Source of the DNA: Phoronis australis
Lineage: Eukaryota; Animalia; Phoronida
Assembly (NCBI GenBank): GCA_002633005.1
Contig: NMRA01000448.1
Location: 248,001 to 312,000 of the forward strand
Direction of reading: 5' to 3'
Length of the DNA: 64,000 nt
Of the stretch, positions 26,141-39,862 are shown piece after piece. Numbering within the stretch: position 1 is the first letter of the stretch; the number at the start of each line of letters is the position of its first letter. The notes under the pieces are model-generated. The model was given only the letters and a program-made list of their open reading frames with translations. It ran no database searches and had not been told where the DNA came from. A program made the translations under genes and the position numbers.

Positions 26141-28476
26141 TGATGTCAAAATAAATTAGTGGACTTAACCTAATTAAAGAATAATGGGATTAATTCCTCT
26201 GTGTTTGCGTTAATCAACCACTTTGTAGCTTGGACCAATAACGATACAGGTCCTAGCTAAGTAGTAATTGAATTTCTGCCCACCAAATCTGAGTTGGGAT
26301 CAAGCAGAGGCCACTGTCATCCTCTCATTACTCTCGAGAGCCCCAATGTTACTTTTAGTGGGCACTGAATGTGGGATTTAGTAAGTAAGAATATTGTAGA
26401 CATAATTCCACACAATGAGTATCTACAGTAGTTTTCGAATAAAACTTGATGGACTTTCAACACAAACACTTTGTTTAATTTTAAACTGATTCGGTTTTAT
26501 TTTTTGCCTGCTCTCTATCACATATTCATAATGCATTTATGAAACCAGAACACTGATGAAATTCGGCAATATCATTAAAACGCTGTTGCAGTCTTATTTA
26601 GAAAAAGCAAATACCACCCCCATACAAAGAACAACAAACTAAAATGTCAGTTAGATTCATGAAAAACAATTAAACAAGCTGGCTCTTCACACCCAGTAAT
26701 AAGCACTTGAGTTATTCAAAAATTGTCGACAGACGGCAGCAAATATGCGATCAAATATTGGTTATCACAATTGGGGGAGGGTGGAACGGAAGTGTACAGA
26801 TGTGCCTTGATCAGAACATATGAGAAAGTGTTTGTTGAATCTGCTGCAGCAAAGCTGTAATGAATTGGCGATAAAAAATGAAAGGAAAATTCAAAATCAT
26901 GTTTATGTTAGCAGATTATGTCAATACATTGGGAATAATTAACTTTGGAATTAAAGGCATGGGAAATGAACTGGACTAGTATATAAAAATAAAGTTGATC
27001 CTATTTCAGTAATTAAATACGTGAAATTTTTGTTTGTGCCTGAATGACACACAAGTCTCACGAACAGCAATGGCCCATCAGTCTTGGATAAAATAGACAA
27101 AATTATGAAAACTTGGGGCAGCGTGTGGAGTTTTCCACTAAATTCATCATCGAACCCTTCCCAAACACCTACGAATCAGGATGATAGTGCGTATACAGTC
27201 AAAAACATTATACTTCCTGTCCCATGAAAAAACACTTGAAATAGTTCATCTGAGCTCAAGTCGTTAAGCTCAATATTTTAAACCCTGTGAATAACTTAAA
27301 ACTTCATCATTCTACTGACGTCAGTGCTGGAGGTCAACGAGGATTTCCTGGAAACTCCTTTAATGTATAAGCTTTTCAAACAATTAATCTTCTTTGATAC
27401 ATGTTTCTATCATAATCATTCCACACTTAAAAGCCAAACTTCAACAGAATTTTGTTATTTTAGATGTATTGAGCTAACCAGATAGTCCTAGCAAAGCCTC
27501 AGTAAAATAAGAAAACGCGAGTTCAATCACGCAAATGTAAGCCCGTCATGGGATAAGTGAAGCTGTCTTTTCGAGCCATGTTGCGTGGCTGAGAGATCCC
27601 AGCACAAACAACAAAAGATTGCATTGAACAGGGGTCTGAATAGAACACCATTTCGTGTGGGTGTTATTCGCAACTGTTTAAATTAAAAGTTGATTCTCGC
27701 AGTGACGTAGAAAAAAGCAAGCCAATACGCCTAACATTTCGTTACATTTGGCAACTCATGACACTAGTGGACTCAGAGCGATGCTCTCAACATACTTTTG
27801 GGACCACATTAACAGGTGTTACCATTGGAGATAGGCTTTAATATGACTGACAAAGCAAGTGCAAACTGCTCACCGCACCAAGACACTGACTGTATTGCCG
27901 CTGACAATGAGGCAGAGATAACGAAAACGTCAGCGAGTTCAAAGTGTGATGCACGCCAGAGTCACGTCCGCCATTTACCATCGGGGATAATTTTAGGAGA
28001 GCAGACCGTGTGATAAGCAAATAAAAAATTCATTGACACACTGTGGTTGCCTATTACTCAGGCCAATGTGTACACTGAGACTGTCACAATTTCACCTGAT
28101 TTTGTCTTGAATTCCATTCAGAATCCAAAACAGCTACAATAAAGAGCAGCTGATCAAAACAATTTAAGAAACAGGGTTCCAGCGTATTTGGAAATGCAGA
28201 TTCCAACTGTGGATTTATATTTAGATAGGATAAATTGAAATGCACTTAGCTGTTGAGACCAATCACTAATCGTGCAAGGTACTGACTGAGGTAGCAGACG
28301 AAGTCATCCATATTTAAGTTCCACCTCACAAAAATAGAACAGAAAAAAGGTATCCTGACATTCAACTAAGGCGACCAATAGGTCCTAAAAATTGGCCATG
28401 GAGGTCAATTGATTCGTAGCCACGCTTTTATAAAATAATTCCTGTGCTATTATGGAGAAAGAGAAGATACTGCCAA

Positions 28477-29529
28477 CAGAGCCAGTTCACGATCACACTT
28501 TATTCATAATACTTCAAGAACTTCAGGGAAGGCTATGTAACTTCATAAAGGAGGAAATGAGGTGCCTGTTCCCTATTCTGAATTCTTATGTGACATAAAT
28601 CCACAATCACGGCCAGAGGGAGTCTCAGTGTGACATTGGACAGACATAAGGAGCACTTCACTATTCTTCCATCTACAGTAATAAACAGCAGTTGGGCGAG
28701 GGGTCTGGATCACCTGGATATAACCTTCTGGATGAGTGAGGGGGTCTGCGTCCCCTGGATATAACCCTCTGGATGAGTGGAGGTCTGGCTGTTACGAACA
28801 GGATCATTCGTGATATGCTGGTGCATCAAACCCATCTACAGAACATCCCCGTGACAGCAGAAGGCGCAAAACTCCATGGCTGACGTTCCCTGTAAGCATC
28901 TGACTTAACGACACATGGGCACAGCTCTTGTTGTGACTTTTAGCAGCATGGCCATATGTAATACCAGCCTCAACGATCGTTGAACTCAGCCAGTTGGGAG
29001 GAAGTCTGCTCGAAGATGCGTCAATGAGCCAGCACCTTAACATCGCACGAGTATAAGCAACGGGGTTGGTTAGTGGTGCATGAACCAGCAAGACAATCTG
29101 CACGCTCATTAATCAAGACATTGACATGGCCAGGTACGAAAGAGCAGATCACAGTTTAATGAGGGAGGTGTGATCGGAAGACACCACAGTTGGCTAGAGA
29201 ATTTCAGACTGATCTTTCAGCAAAACCGCCATAGAATCAGTGGTAAACGATGATGGTGTGATTCTCCAGGTCTAGGTATGACAGCTTGGTTAGGGCACAT
29301 TGTATAGTCCCTAAGTCTATCCGTGTACTACTTGTGTATACATGGTGGCAGCCATTGCAATGACATTGTGAGCACAAAGTATTAAGTAGCGCCATCCAGC
29401 ACTTGATTGCAGCATCAAAGGATCCATCTGTTGCTACTATGATGGCATCACCACTGCCAAGGTCACATCATAGCTGACAGCACAATGCTTGGGCTACTCC
29501 AGGGGGTCATTCCCAAGCTTCCCTGTTGA
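28477..29529 (-). repeat. Near-identical tandem duplicate (~1.05 kb) of 29531-30580 (RNase H and 3' part of the retroelement)
   Basis: Both copies run CAGAGCCAGTTCA... to ...AAGCTTCCCTGTTGA and are separated by a single N at 29530. Confidence 0.93.
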
Positions 29530-29530
29530 N

Positions 29531-31920
29531 CAGAGCCAGTTCATGATCACACTTTATTCATAATACTTCAAGAACTCCAGGGAAGGCAATGTAACTTCAT
29601 AAAGGAGGAAATGAGGTGACTTCCCTATTCTGAATTCTTATAGGACATAAATCCACAATTACGGCCAGAGGGAGTCTCAGTTTGACATTGGACAGACATA
29701 AGGAGCACTTCACCATTCTTCCACCTACAGTAATAAACAGCAGTTGGGTGAGGGGTCTGCGTCCCCTGGATATAACCCTCTGGATGAGTGAGGGGCCTGG
29801 ATTGCCTGGATATAACCCTCTGGATGAGTGGAGGTCTGGCTGTTACGAACAGGATCATTCGGGATATGCTGGTGCATCAAACCCATCTACAGAACATCCC
29901 CGTGACAGCAGAAGGCGCAAAACTCCATGGCTGACGTTCCCTGTAAGCATCTGACTTAATGACACATGGGCACAGCTCTTGTTGTGACTTTTAGCAGCAC
30001 GGCCATGTGTAATACCAGCCTCAACGATCGTTGAACTCAGCCAGTTGGGAGGAAGTCTGCTCGAAGATGCGTCGATGAGCCAGCAGCTTAACATCGCACG
30101 AGTATAAGCAACGGGGTTGGTTAGTGGTGCATGAACCAGCAAGACAATCTGCACGCTCATTAATCAAGACATTGACATGGCCAGGTACGAAAGACCAGAT
30201 CACAGTTTGATGAGGGAGGTGTGATCGGAAGACACCACAGTTGGCTAGAGAATTTCAGACTGATCTTTCAGCAAAACCGCCATAGAATCAGTGGTAAACG
30301 ATGATGGTGTGATTCTCCAGGTCTAGGTGTGACAGCTTGGTTAGGGCACATTGTATAGTCCCTAAGTCTATCCGTGTACTACTTGTGTATACATGGTGGC
30401 AGCCATTGCAATGACATTGTCAGCACAAAGTATTAAGTAGCGCCATCCAGCACTTGATTGCAGCATCAAAGGATCCATCTGTTGCTACTATGATGGCATC
30501 ACCACTGCCAAGGTCACATCATAGCCGACAGCTCAATGCTTAGGCTACTCCAGGGGGCCATTCCCAAGCTTCCCTGTTGAAAGCGATCGGTGATTTCAGT
30601 CTCTCATCAACTTCTTGTACTTGCACCCAAGCAGCTTCTTGTGCGATTGTGTGCTCACTGATAATTAAGGCCCGCAGTTGCGTTTACAGCAGCGGCAGTC
30701 CATGAGCATCTGCTAAGTTTTTGGTTAGACAAACTGTGAAAAGGTCTGGGGAGGAGTTGATTGACTGCTATTGCAGGGACAGGGTTCAAGCATCTATCGA
30801 GCAGACTTCACTTGACTGTTTAGAGGATGCAATGGGCTTTGAACAACCTTGGCTACAGCAACACCTTGTAGAAGAGACGGTCTGGTTGCAGTGCTTGGCA
30901 CATCAACAAGGCAACGTAATGCTGTGACTAAAGTCGATGTTGTACATCCAGTGATTAAACGCGAAAACCAATGTTTTGGTTTACTGATGTTGATCATGGG
31001 GATACCGCTGTCAAAGACAGAAGTGACGAGGGCTTCATAAACCATGACCTGCCTTCCGACTGGCCGCACCCCTAAGGGTGTTGATTCCTCTATTGGCGCG
31101 GATGACCATACTGTTAACTTGAGCTGTGAAGTTGAGCCTATGGTCCAGTTATACACCCAAGTGACGCATTTTGTCAGATGTGTCAATCCTCTTCCCATCA
31201 TAAGTAGGACAAGGGAAATCGTTGACAACAAGGCGATTGTCCAGAGTACAGAAGAGAGCGTCACATTTGTCTCCATTGCAGCTCATTCCACTGGTAGCAC
31301 AATAACTCCCAGATTTTCATGAGAGTACACTGTGCTTTGTGGAGAATCTCGTGATGTGTTTGTCCTTGTGATGACAGCAGTAATTGAACAGCACTTGGGA
31401 TGGAGGCGAAATTTGAGGGGCCTAGGTCCCCTGGATATAGCAGTCTTGATGAGTGAGAAATCTGGATACCCAGGACTACCCTTTGGATAAGCAGTCTGCA
31501 TTGATCCCTGAATATAACACTCTGGAGGAGTGAGAGTGTCTACATGCAATAGATACAACCTCCAAATCTGTGGCTGAACAAAAACACGACAAGACATTCA
31601 TGGCTGGGAATTTCGTAAAAGCATGGGAAATTGGTAACAGGCGACAGGCAACACCTGGTACCCCCTGGCCTAAGATGGAAACACCACTACTTCACACTGG
31701 TTGGCATAGTATGGGAAAATCTTAACCAGGGTGTTCCATCGAAATTGGAATCCTGGTGTACAACAGATGTCCCGGAGTCGAAAACAGACTCCTGCACCTT
31801 CAAAACAGTGAACGAGCCCGAAAAACACGAACGTCAACCTTTAAAACAGGAACCCCGGGTATCAGACAGGAAATTTTCCGAGACGATGTCAGTAGCCTCA
31901 AACTTTGAGTAGCATCATCA
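29531..31920 (-). mobile_element. Decayed non-LTR retrotransposon with post-RT region and RNase H (I-group: Ingi/Nimb/I-like)
   Basis: Minus-strand frames with stops and frameshifts give DKMRHLGV*LDHRLNFTAQVN...INTLR, VYEALVTSVFDSG, RLITGCTTSTLVTALRCLVDVP (post-RT motifs), IVATDGS and WSFVPGHVNVLINERADCLA (RNase H). AATAAA lies ~20 nt from the 3' end. Confidence 0.85.
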
Positions 31921-34900
31921 AGTAACCTTCCAGTTGGCAATCCATATAGTACTAAACAATATTTTATCAACAAAAGAAAACACGACTCAATTAATCACTT
32001 AAATGTAAACTCATCAAATGATACGTGAGGTTTACTGTAACAAAATTTTTAACAAGAGTTAATACTTCATTATTTGCTGTCAACAACAACAAATACACAA
32101 TAAAATTTTGAACATTTTTGGCAATACAGTGAGTGTATGAAAAAATGACCAAGTTTGGTCATTATTTTTGTTCAAATTTCAGGAAACTTTATTGTAAAAA
32201 CCAGTCAAGGGTTCTAGTGGCACCTTGCCATAGTTGTCCGTGAAAATATTCTTACATACTATCATTCTATCTTAGATTTGAGTCTGACAAATGATGTTCC
32301 TTTCTGAGCATTTACTCAAATCTATCGTTCAGGTAAACCACTCACTTGGCTCAACGCACGCCCCTCATTTTGTGAGTTCCCAATACATGTTATAAAAACA
32401 GAAATTACCAGGGTGACCACAAAAGTACCTGTTCCATGTTTCCTTAAAACCTCCCGAGTTTTGGATGCAATGTGGCATACAAGTGAACTTTTGTTTAATT
32501 GTTTTCCTAAAAAATAAATTGCGCCAAATGCATTAACATTGTTTTAACCTTAAAAAGTCAACACCCTAACTAATATCAGGCAAGTTTTGAGAAATTGCAG
32601 ACATTCACAACAATGTTAAAAGCATTTGAAAAATGGATAAAATCAATTTCGACAATTACTTTTGTCCGAAATTGGTGAGATTTTACAATTCATCACCTAT
32701 TGGCTGATGATGTATAACCTCAGAATAGTTCAGCCAGGGTATTTAGATCAGACCTGCTCCACTACCAATCCCAAGTTGTGCAAATATCTAATAAATCATT
32801 GATCAAATTTGATCGCCAGCATCAATTTACAGCATCCACAAGTGGAGCGTTCTATTATTCCAGCACAAGATCTATGCCAGCAGATTGACCCAGTGTTCAG
32901 ACAATAATTAATGACATTGTGCAGGCTATCAGTGTCAACAGGGCCCCTCGCTCACCTGAGGAAAAATGTGTGTGCCTCCTGAGAGGGAATCTTTTGTTGA
33001 AGGGAAAACCCCCCTCCCATTTAGGTCATATGTTAACACAGTTTGTGCTGTAGTGATGTCATAAAACGTTTGGAAAAGTCTCCATCATTTGCAGCAAGAT
33101 AATCAACCTGTTAAAATTACAAAAACACCACTTCTGATAACTTTTTTGTGAAGAATACATATACAGTACTCAGAAATTGTTGGAATTGTTCTTGAGTTAT
33201 AGACTCTAGCAGTTTGGCATAAATAAAAACTGGCTGATACAATGAAATCATCTTCTTGCTTCTAAGTCAAAGTTAATGAGTACTGTATACTTGTAATGGA
33301 TACTAACTGCACCAGGACAAGATTTTTTACTTTAAAACAAAATATGGCAGAATAGAAAATTTATATTAAACATTTAGAATTAGCATAGGGTAATTCTTCA
33401 GCTATTAAGCACACAACATGGCAAACAAGTGAAATTTTATTTTGCCTAATTTCTCAAAAACAAAGACGAAGAAAATTTTAGTGAGGTTATTGACCCTTGA
33501 AAAACAGAAAAATTACAGTTTTGACAATCATTGATTTCTTGTTAAATTTTGAAAAAAAAACTTATCATACATGTGAAGTACAGTTAAAGGAAACACACAA
33601 AAAGGATCAGAAATTGATAGATTCAGGCAGATCCCCTGAAATAGCTTCGTCTGTTTACGCTACAGTCTATTTGCAAACATGTTACAGGGCGGTTCTTAGA
33701 GACTTAATTGAAGTCAACCATGTTTTCGACATCTTTGCAAATATTGGGAGTACATAACGGGGTCACATTGAACACATAGGCATTGATCCTGTGTGCAATA
33801 GATTACGTCAAATGCCTTTAAATGGCTAACGGGGAGCAGATGAAACTAGCCATACACAACAGTGAGAAGATGGCTTGCAGTGCCACTGAGGCTTGGTGAA
33901 GGCCCGTGGGAACGGCAATTATTAATAATTCACTTTGGAAAATGTTAGAAATACCTAGTGAGATGAACTAATCAGATGACGAACAAAATTACAATAGTTC
34001 TGGGTGAGCGAAAGGGCGTATACACGCAGATGGAAACTGTAATGAACACACGCAAAGGATTTTGCTCCGATACAAAATCGTGCAGCTAGTGAGATTAAAA
34101 CGGCACATATGGAGCTGACCCAACTCATATTTTGGCAACACAAGCATAAATTAGCATATTAAGTAGTAAATTAGAAATTACTGACCACCAACATCATACA
34201 GCCAACCACAAGGTGCTGTGGCGGAAACAGTTTAAGCTATATTTTGCCTTGGTTATTTGGCAAAAATGACATCAAATTAAGCCTTTTACGCTCATAAAGT
34301 TGGTCTCATAGTTTCCTTACCACAATTGGATTCCATTTTCACTAGAGTCAATTCAATTTTTGTTTTTTTAGCCAGCTAAACAGGACAAAACGCTTTCATG
34401 TTGACGCTTAGGCGTTTACAGAGCACCGAACAGAGGGACCACAAAATCCCCATTTTACGTCAGTTGCAACATTTTCACTCCTCTAAAAAATACAGTATCG
34501 TGATTGAACATGCCTACAACTGTCTTGACTAAGGACTTGCGACGTTTGATAAAACGGTTCCCAGTGAAGAGTTTCATGAAACAGTCCCAAGAAAGGACTC
34601 GACTAAGTTCCCTAAATCGTGTGCCTATTTTTGTATTAGTTCACTCACAAATATTATATATTTTTATAATTTATCTTTATTATGAGCTCCTCTTTGACTA
34701 ACAACACTTTCTAATAATACATCTAAAAATTGAGATGTTATTTAGTTATTTACTTAGTCCTTAAATTAGGGGCATTGCATGAAAAGGTCCCCATTTACCA
34801 TTTATTCTCAGTAATATTGATAATTCAACATAGAGTTTACTCACGGTGCGTAGCAAAGTCACAGATTGGCTTCATAATGAGAGCAAAACAGAGTTAGAAA

Positions 34901-37900
34901 GAACAATCAGTGTGAGTGTTCTGACAAGTCCACAAATGCGGTGAAAATTTAAGGAAATAGTCAAGTCTTTTTTGGGACTGTTTCATGCAACCAGCCACAG
35001 AAGCTACCAGTGTTCTGAACCCAACAACATAGGATAAATTCTGCATATGAGGAATACTAACACAGAAGCACAGACAGTTTATCAAACCCAAATGTAATCT
35101 TTGTTTTGGAAACAAGTGGACCTGCATGTCAAAGCTCCATTTCTCCAAATCTTCCTTATGGAAAGCACAGATTTTAAGTTTGGTTCAGTGTCCTCTGGTG
35201 AAAGACACTTCTTTTAAAAACCAATAACACACTCAGGAAAATGCATTGAAACATGGGAATTCGTATGCTTCAGAAAATCTGTTGAAGACTGAAATCAATT
35301 ATATACTAATAGTGCTTTCCATTTTTGGCACAATAGCTACAGGTCATTATGTTAGGGCATTAACTGAGGCCCATTCAATCAAAACTGACTCAATTCCAAT
35401 GGGCTTTGGTCAACATTCCACTCCCCAGTGAGCTAGGACCTTTTTTGACGTAGAGAAAGCTTTTAGAATTTGAGTTTTGACTTTTTTCCAGTTTGCCATA
35501 AATTGGGCCACGTGATCATGTCTGCATTTCACAAGGTGATTTTCTCAGGTAAAATGATTAAAATGCAAGTAATTTTAGTCACTTTACAAATTTAACAATG
35601 AAGATGCATATCTTTATAATCTGACTACACTTTCTGATAAATTTGTGGAGATCACTTCATAATAAGAAGTAACAAAAAGAACTTAGTGTTGTGTGTCCAC
35701 TTATCCTAAATTTTCCAACAATCCTTATGAGATTTAGAACTACTACTCTAGAGAAATGCCTTACGGGATGTTAAGAGTTAAAGGTACATTGATAGCAAGC
35801 TAACAGTACCAATAAAATCATCAAATTTTATTTGATATAAAATGTTCAATATGAGATCTCTAAAATACTATTACACTTCTCTAAAATATCATTTAGTTTT
35901 TATTTTAGGTGACTTAAAAGAGTTCTTCACGAAAATTATAAAAGTCCTAATTTTGATAGCTCCAGGTGTAAAAGTGATACATTTCAAAAACAAATTCTAA
36001 CACTAACCCAGTCCTGTAATGCATAAAGTATAGTACATTACATGAAAGTTTCATATCACTAGGAGCAACCGTTTCTGAAGTATGTCTAATTCGTAATTTG
36101 TAGAGTTAGACACATTTTCACTGAACTGAACACTTCAAAGAAGCCATACAGACGGCCATGAGAATTAAGGCGTCCATCTACAAAAAGGCTTGCTAAAATA
36201 CCTCCAGCATGGCAGCAAAAATAACCCAAGATGCATTTGTTAACCACTACGAGTGAAAGTACCAGTAAAAAATGGGATTTTCAACAATACACGAATAGCA
36301 ACGCACAGAAACATTATTCAATAAAACTGTTGAACTGGAATGCATGTTTTGCTTTAAATAATCTTAATTGAAAGTTTGTCATCGGAAGTCAAACAACAAT
36401 GCTTTACACATCCGTTGGTTTCTGCCACGAATGCATAACGCCCAGTATTCCACATTTCAGGAACACAGCAAATGCTTTTCACTATTTCCATATTTCCAAA
36501 CAGGATTAATCATCAAACGGAAGATCTTTCAACTCCATAGAATACGAAAATGCATAGTTAAAACCGGAGTGTGTTAATCAAGAAACTGGCTTAAATGCCA
36601 ATTATCTTTACTGATAATGAAATAGGCTACAAATTGTTTATGTGGGAGTTTAGGCAACCTCTGTGATTAAGAGCTCAGTTTGATGATCAGAAGAACTTTC
36701 GCAAACAAAATTCACTGACGCAGCACTGCTATTTACAACATGCAAAAACAGGGAATTTCTAGCGTGTGACTTATCATGTTGTTGTTTTTTGTCCGTCAGC
36801 AAAAGCTCTTGATTTGACTTTCAATTAATCAAGCCATGATTGGAACGATCAATAGTATTCAGTGAAGCAATCACATTACTGGTCCGCCGGTAGTAGTTGT
36901 TTGCAAGAAGCATTTGTTGCGAGGATGATTGAGACATGCGTGTAGGAAATAGACACAAAATGTTATGCATCCATCATAAATCTGGTAAATCTTCCGTGGC
37001 TGAAGGTGGACAAATCCAAATTGCTTGTGCCAAACTTCAAATTCAGAAAGAGCAGATGAGCACCCCAGACAGCATGCCATGGGTGTCTTATAAAAAGTCC
37101 TGCAGTAAAACAGATTAATTTCTAATCTTTCTTACCATCCATCTCACTTATTTGATCAGCAAGTCACTCTATGTCCGTAACGTTATGATAGTTTTGAACG
37201 GTAAATTCACCACACTTCAATGGACACCCCAAAACACAACTATTTTACACAGAATAATTGCCAAAAACATTTTTTTTCTGTTTTTCTAAGGCTGATATTG
37301 TGTGTAAGATGAGGAAAAAATGAATATACACTGTTGAAAGACAAAATGACACAACACTGAAATACGTCTCTTCTGTGCTTAAACGTAAATCAAAATTGGA
37401 GAAGCCGTTTTCATGCATTTAAATACAACTCACCTAGATTCCTTAACACAAAATACAATAACTTAGTTTGCATACAGTAATATAATTTCTACCCTAAGAA
37501 CAACAAAAGGAAGGAAATTCCCTCACACAGTTGTTATGTTAAGGCAGGTGCCTGCAGAAACATCATTTCCACCAACTGCCAACTGAATACCAGATGAAAA
37601 GAGCTCAGGTTCACACTCTGAGTACAAACAACATAGATATCTAAATAATTGGCGAAACTTGAAAATATTGATCTAGCAACAACCATATAATCTATATTTA
37701 AACAATGCATAACAATTGCAGACTGGTGGCTAGCCATCAATGGTAACAATGACAATAGGCTGATATCAATCCTACAATGTTTGTAGGTTGACTGGCCAGG
37801 CAATGAATGGAACTGAAGCCAAACCCCAAGCGGATGTAGACTGGGTTAAAGCATGCATAGAACTTGTTAATAGGCTACAACTTAAAATTAGTTTCCATGT

Positions 37901-39074
37901 CAATTCTCCACAGTTCACACCAATACAACACTAATAATCAAGTCCAGTAATGGTGGCACACATAATTATTCACATGAGGTTCACCATGTATCAGTTAAAT
38001 GGTAATTGTACTTATTTAAACCATATTTTCACATCAATGTCCCACATGACTTAATTAATAACAATTTATTTAATCAATATTGAAAATTTCAGTATTTGAC
38101 TTCTCTACATACCTTGGTGCAGCAAACTCCTGGCTCACTCAAACCAGTTCTAACTCTCTGGCATTAAAATTATGGTAAAATCTCATTAATTTCAGACAAA
38201 AAAATAATTGCCAAAATGATCAATTTTTTCATTTTTCAAGGACCTCCAACACTGTTGTAAATGCCCACAAATTTTCAAACTTTGATGGTAGCTGGGGTAT
38301 AAAATTTGAGCATGGAAAAAGCGTTTTAATTGGCATTGCATATTTTGCATAAATGATAAAATTTCACCTTTTCGGCCATGTTGTGTTCTAAATTGACAAG
38401 ATTGAAAAGGAACTCTCGAATGGCCAATAAAAACTCTAATACATTACTGAAAGCTACATTTTTCAGTTTAGCTGGCTGAACAAACGAAAATCGAATCAGT
38501 CTCCGAATATTCCTACCAAGATAGGGAGTCCATTATCAGGGGCCTACGTTGAAACCAAGCGAGTGTGTTAATCTAAAAATGTTATTTTTGAATATGGAAA
38601 GAATGAACGCTCCAGAGACATGGTGGTATATTGAAAAAATTTGGAAGGCAAAAGATGTGTGCATTTTACTTCCAAGTCCAAAGAAATAACTTCAATACTT
38701 CAGATGAAGCTCTATGGAATCTACATACGAACAGTTTACTAAGTTAAATAGACCTCAATTGTGACAAATCTCTATAAAATACGATCAATCAGAAAAGTAA
38801 GTGAGAGAGAATTAAGACATCAGTTTATTCAGAACCAGACAGCCATCATTCAAGTCTGCAGAAAGAGGGATCCTGTAAGCTTTACTGAAGCCTAATGCCA
38901 AGCACCAGCTTGTTATTTAAATTTGCCATACAGCAATGACAAAATGAGTAGCCACTTACAGACATTTCCTTTTTTGGATAGAGTTAGTTTACATCTGGAT
39001 AGATAATTTAAAATAAATCTTGCAGATTGAACTTGAAAAGTAAGGATGGAACTTGCTTTTAAAAAATATGCAAT

Positions 39075-39283
39075 AACATCACAGCTGATTACTGCATTTA
39101 AAAAAAGAGAGCTCCTCAATCTTTTTAGAACATAACTCTCACGCTAGACATGTTCTGACCTTGAATACAATTGTGTGTAAATTTCATGTGGATAGCACAA
39201 GAAATGAAACCCGAAGCATGCAAACAAACATACCTCATGGCATAAAAGAAACAAACTTGTCAAAACTTCATTTCACCAAGTAA
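39075..39283 (+). repeat. 3' fragment of the tandem-repeat element family seen at 60360-61220
   Basis: Shares TTGTGTGTAAATTTCA and the terminal hairpin ACTTG....TTCATTTCACCAAG with 61130-61220. Confidence 0.55.
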
Positions 39284-39862
39284 TGATCCAACCAATCATT
39301 CAAAGGTCAGGGTAGCTTGAGATTGACGAGAGAGTCACGTCATGACTGGTTGACACCCTTGCGTAACTTCCAGCAGATTGTATTCAAGGAAGGAACAAGG
39401 CTGTCAAAGTTGATTAGATATACATTGTACGAGATGTATATTCCAAAAAAAATCGAGATAAGCTCCCGTGGTCTAAACTAGAACCAACATGGAATTTATT
39501 AGTGCATAACTCTCATAATGTTCATGGATTTTAAACCACAGTATTCACTGAAAAAAAACAGATGAACACATCTAAAATGATTGCAGCTTTATATGTTAAT
39601 CACTAAAATTGAGTTCGGGAAAAAACAAATCAACACTATGAAGACACAGAAATGTGCTGTGTACTATGGACTCTCATAGGGCAAAAGCATCGAAGTTAGT
39701 CTCCTCATTTTGACTTGGCTACGTAGCCTATTGAAATGGGTTGGTGGATTTCCTGCAAAACAGTGCATACAGCAGTTAAACGAACACCAGGGGGTGTTCA
39801 CGTGCAATCTGAACGAGCAGTCAGCACACCTATGAGAGGAATGAAAGCGAATAGGTACATAC

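Larger units (their letters stand above)
1..39862 (-). other. KCND: Long intron following the first KCND coding exon (the next exon, YGDMVP...PVPVIVSNFSRIY, was not found in the window)
   Basis: GT donor at 39862. No ORF or by-eye match to the expected YGD/S6 exon was found downstream. A very large intron at this position is typical of Kv4 genes. A short exon could have been missed without tools. Confidence 0.7.

Noticed and set aside
39664-39862. C-terminal ~66 aa of the 434-aa ORF as part of the normal Kv4 protein
   Set aside because: Homology ends at a canonical GT donor; the remainder is intron read-through.
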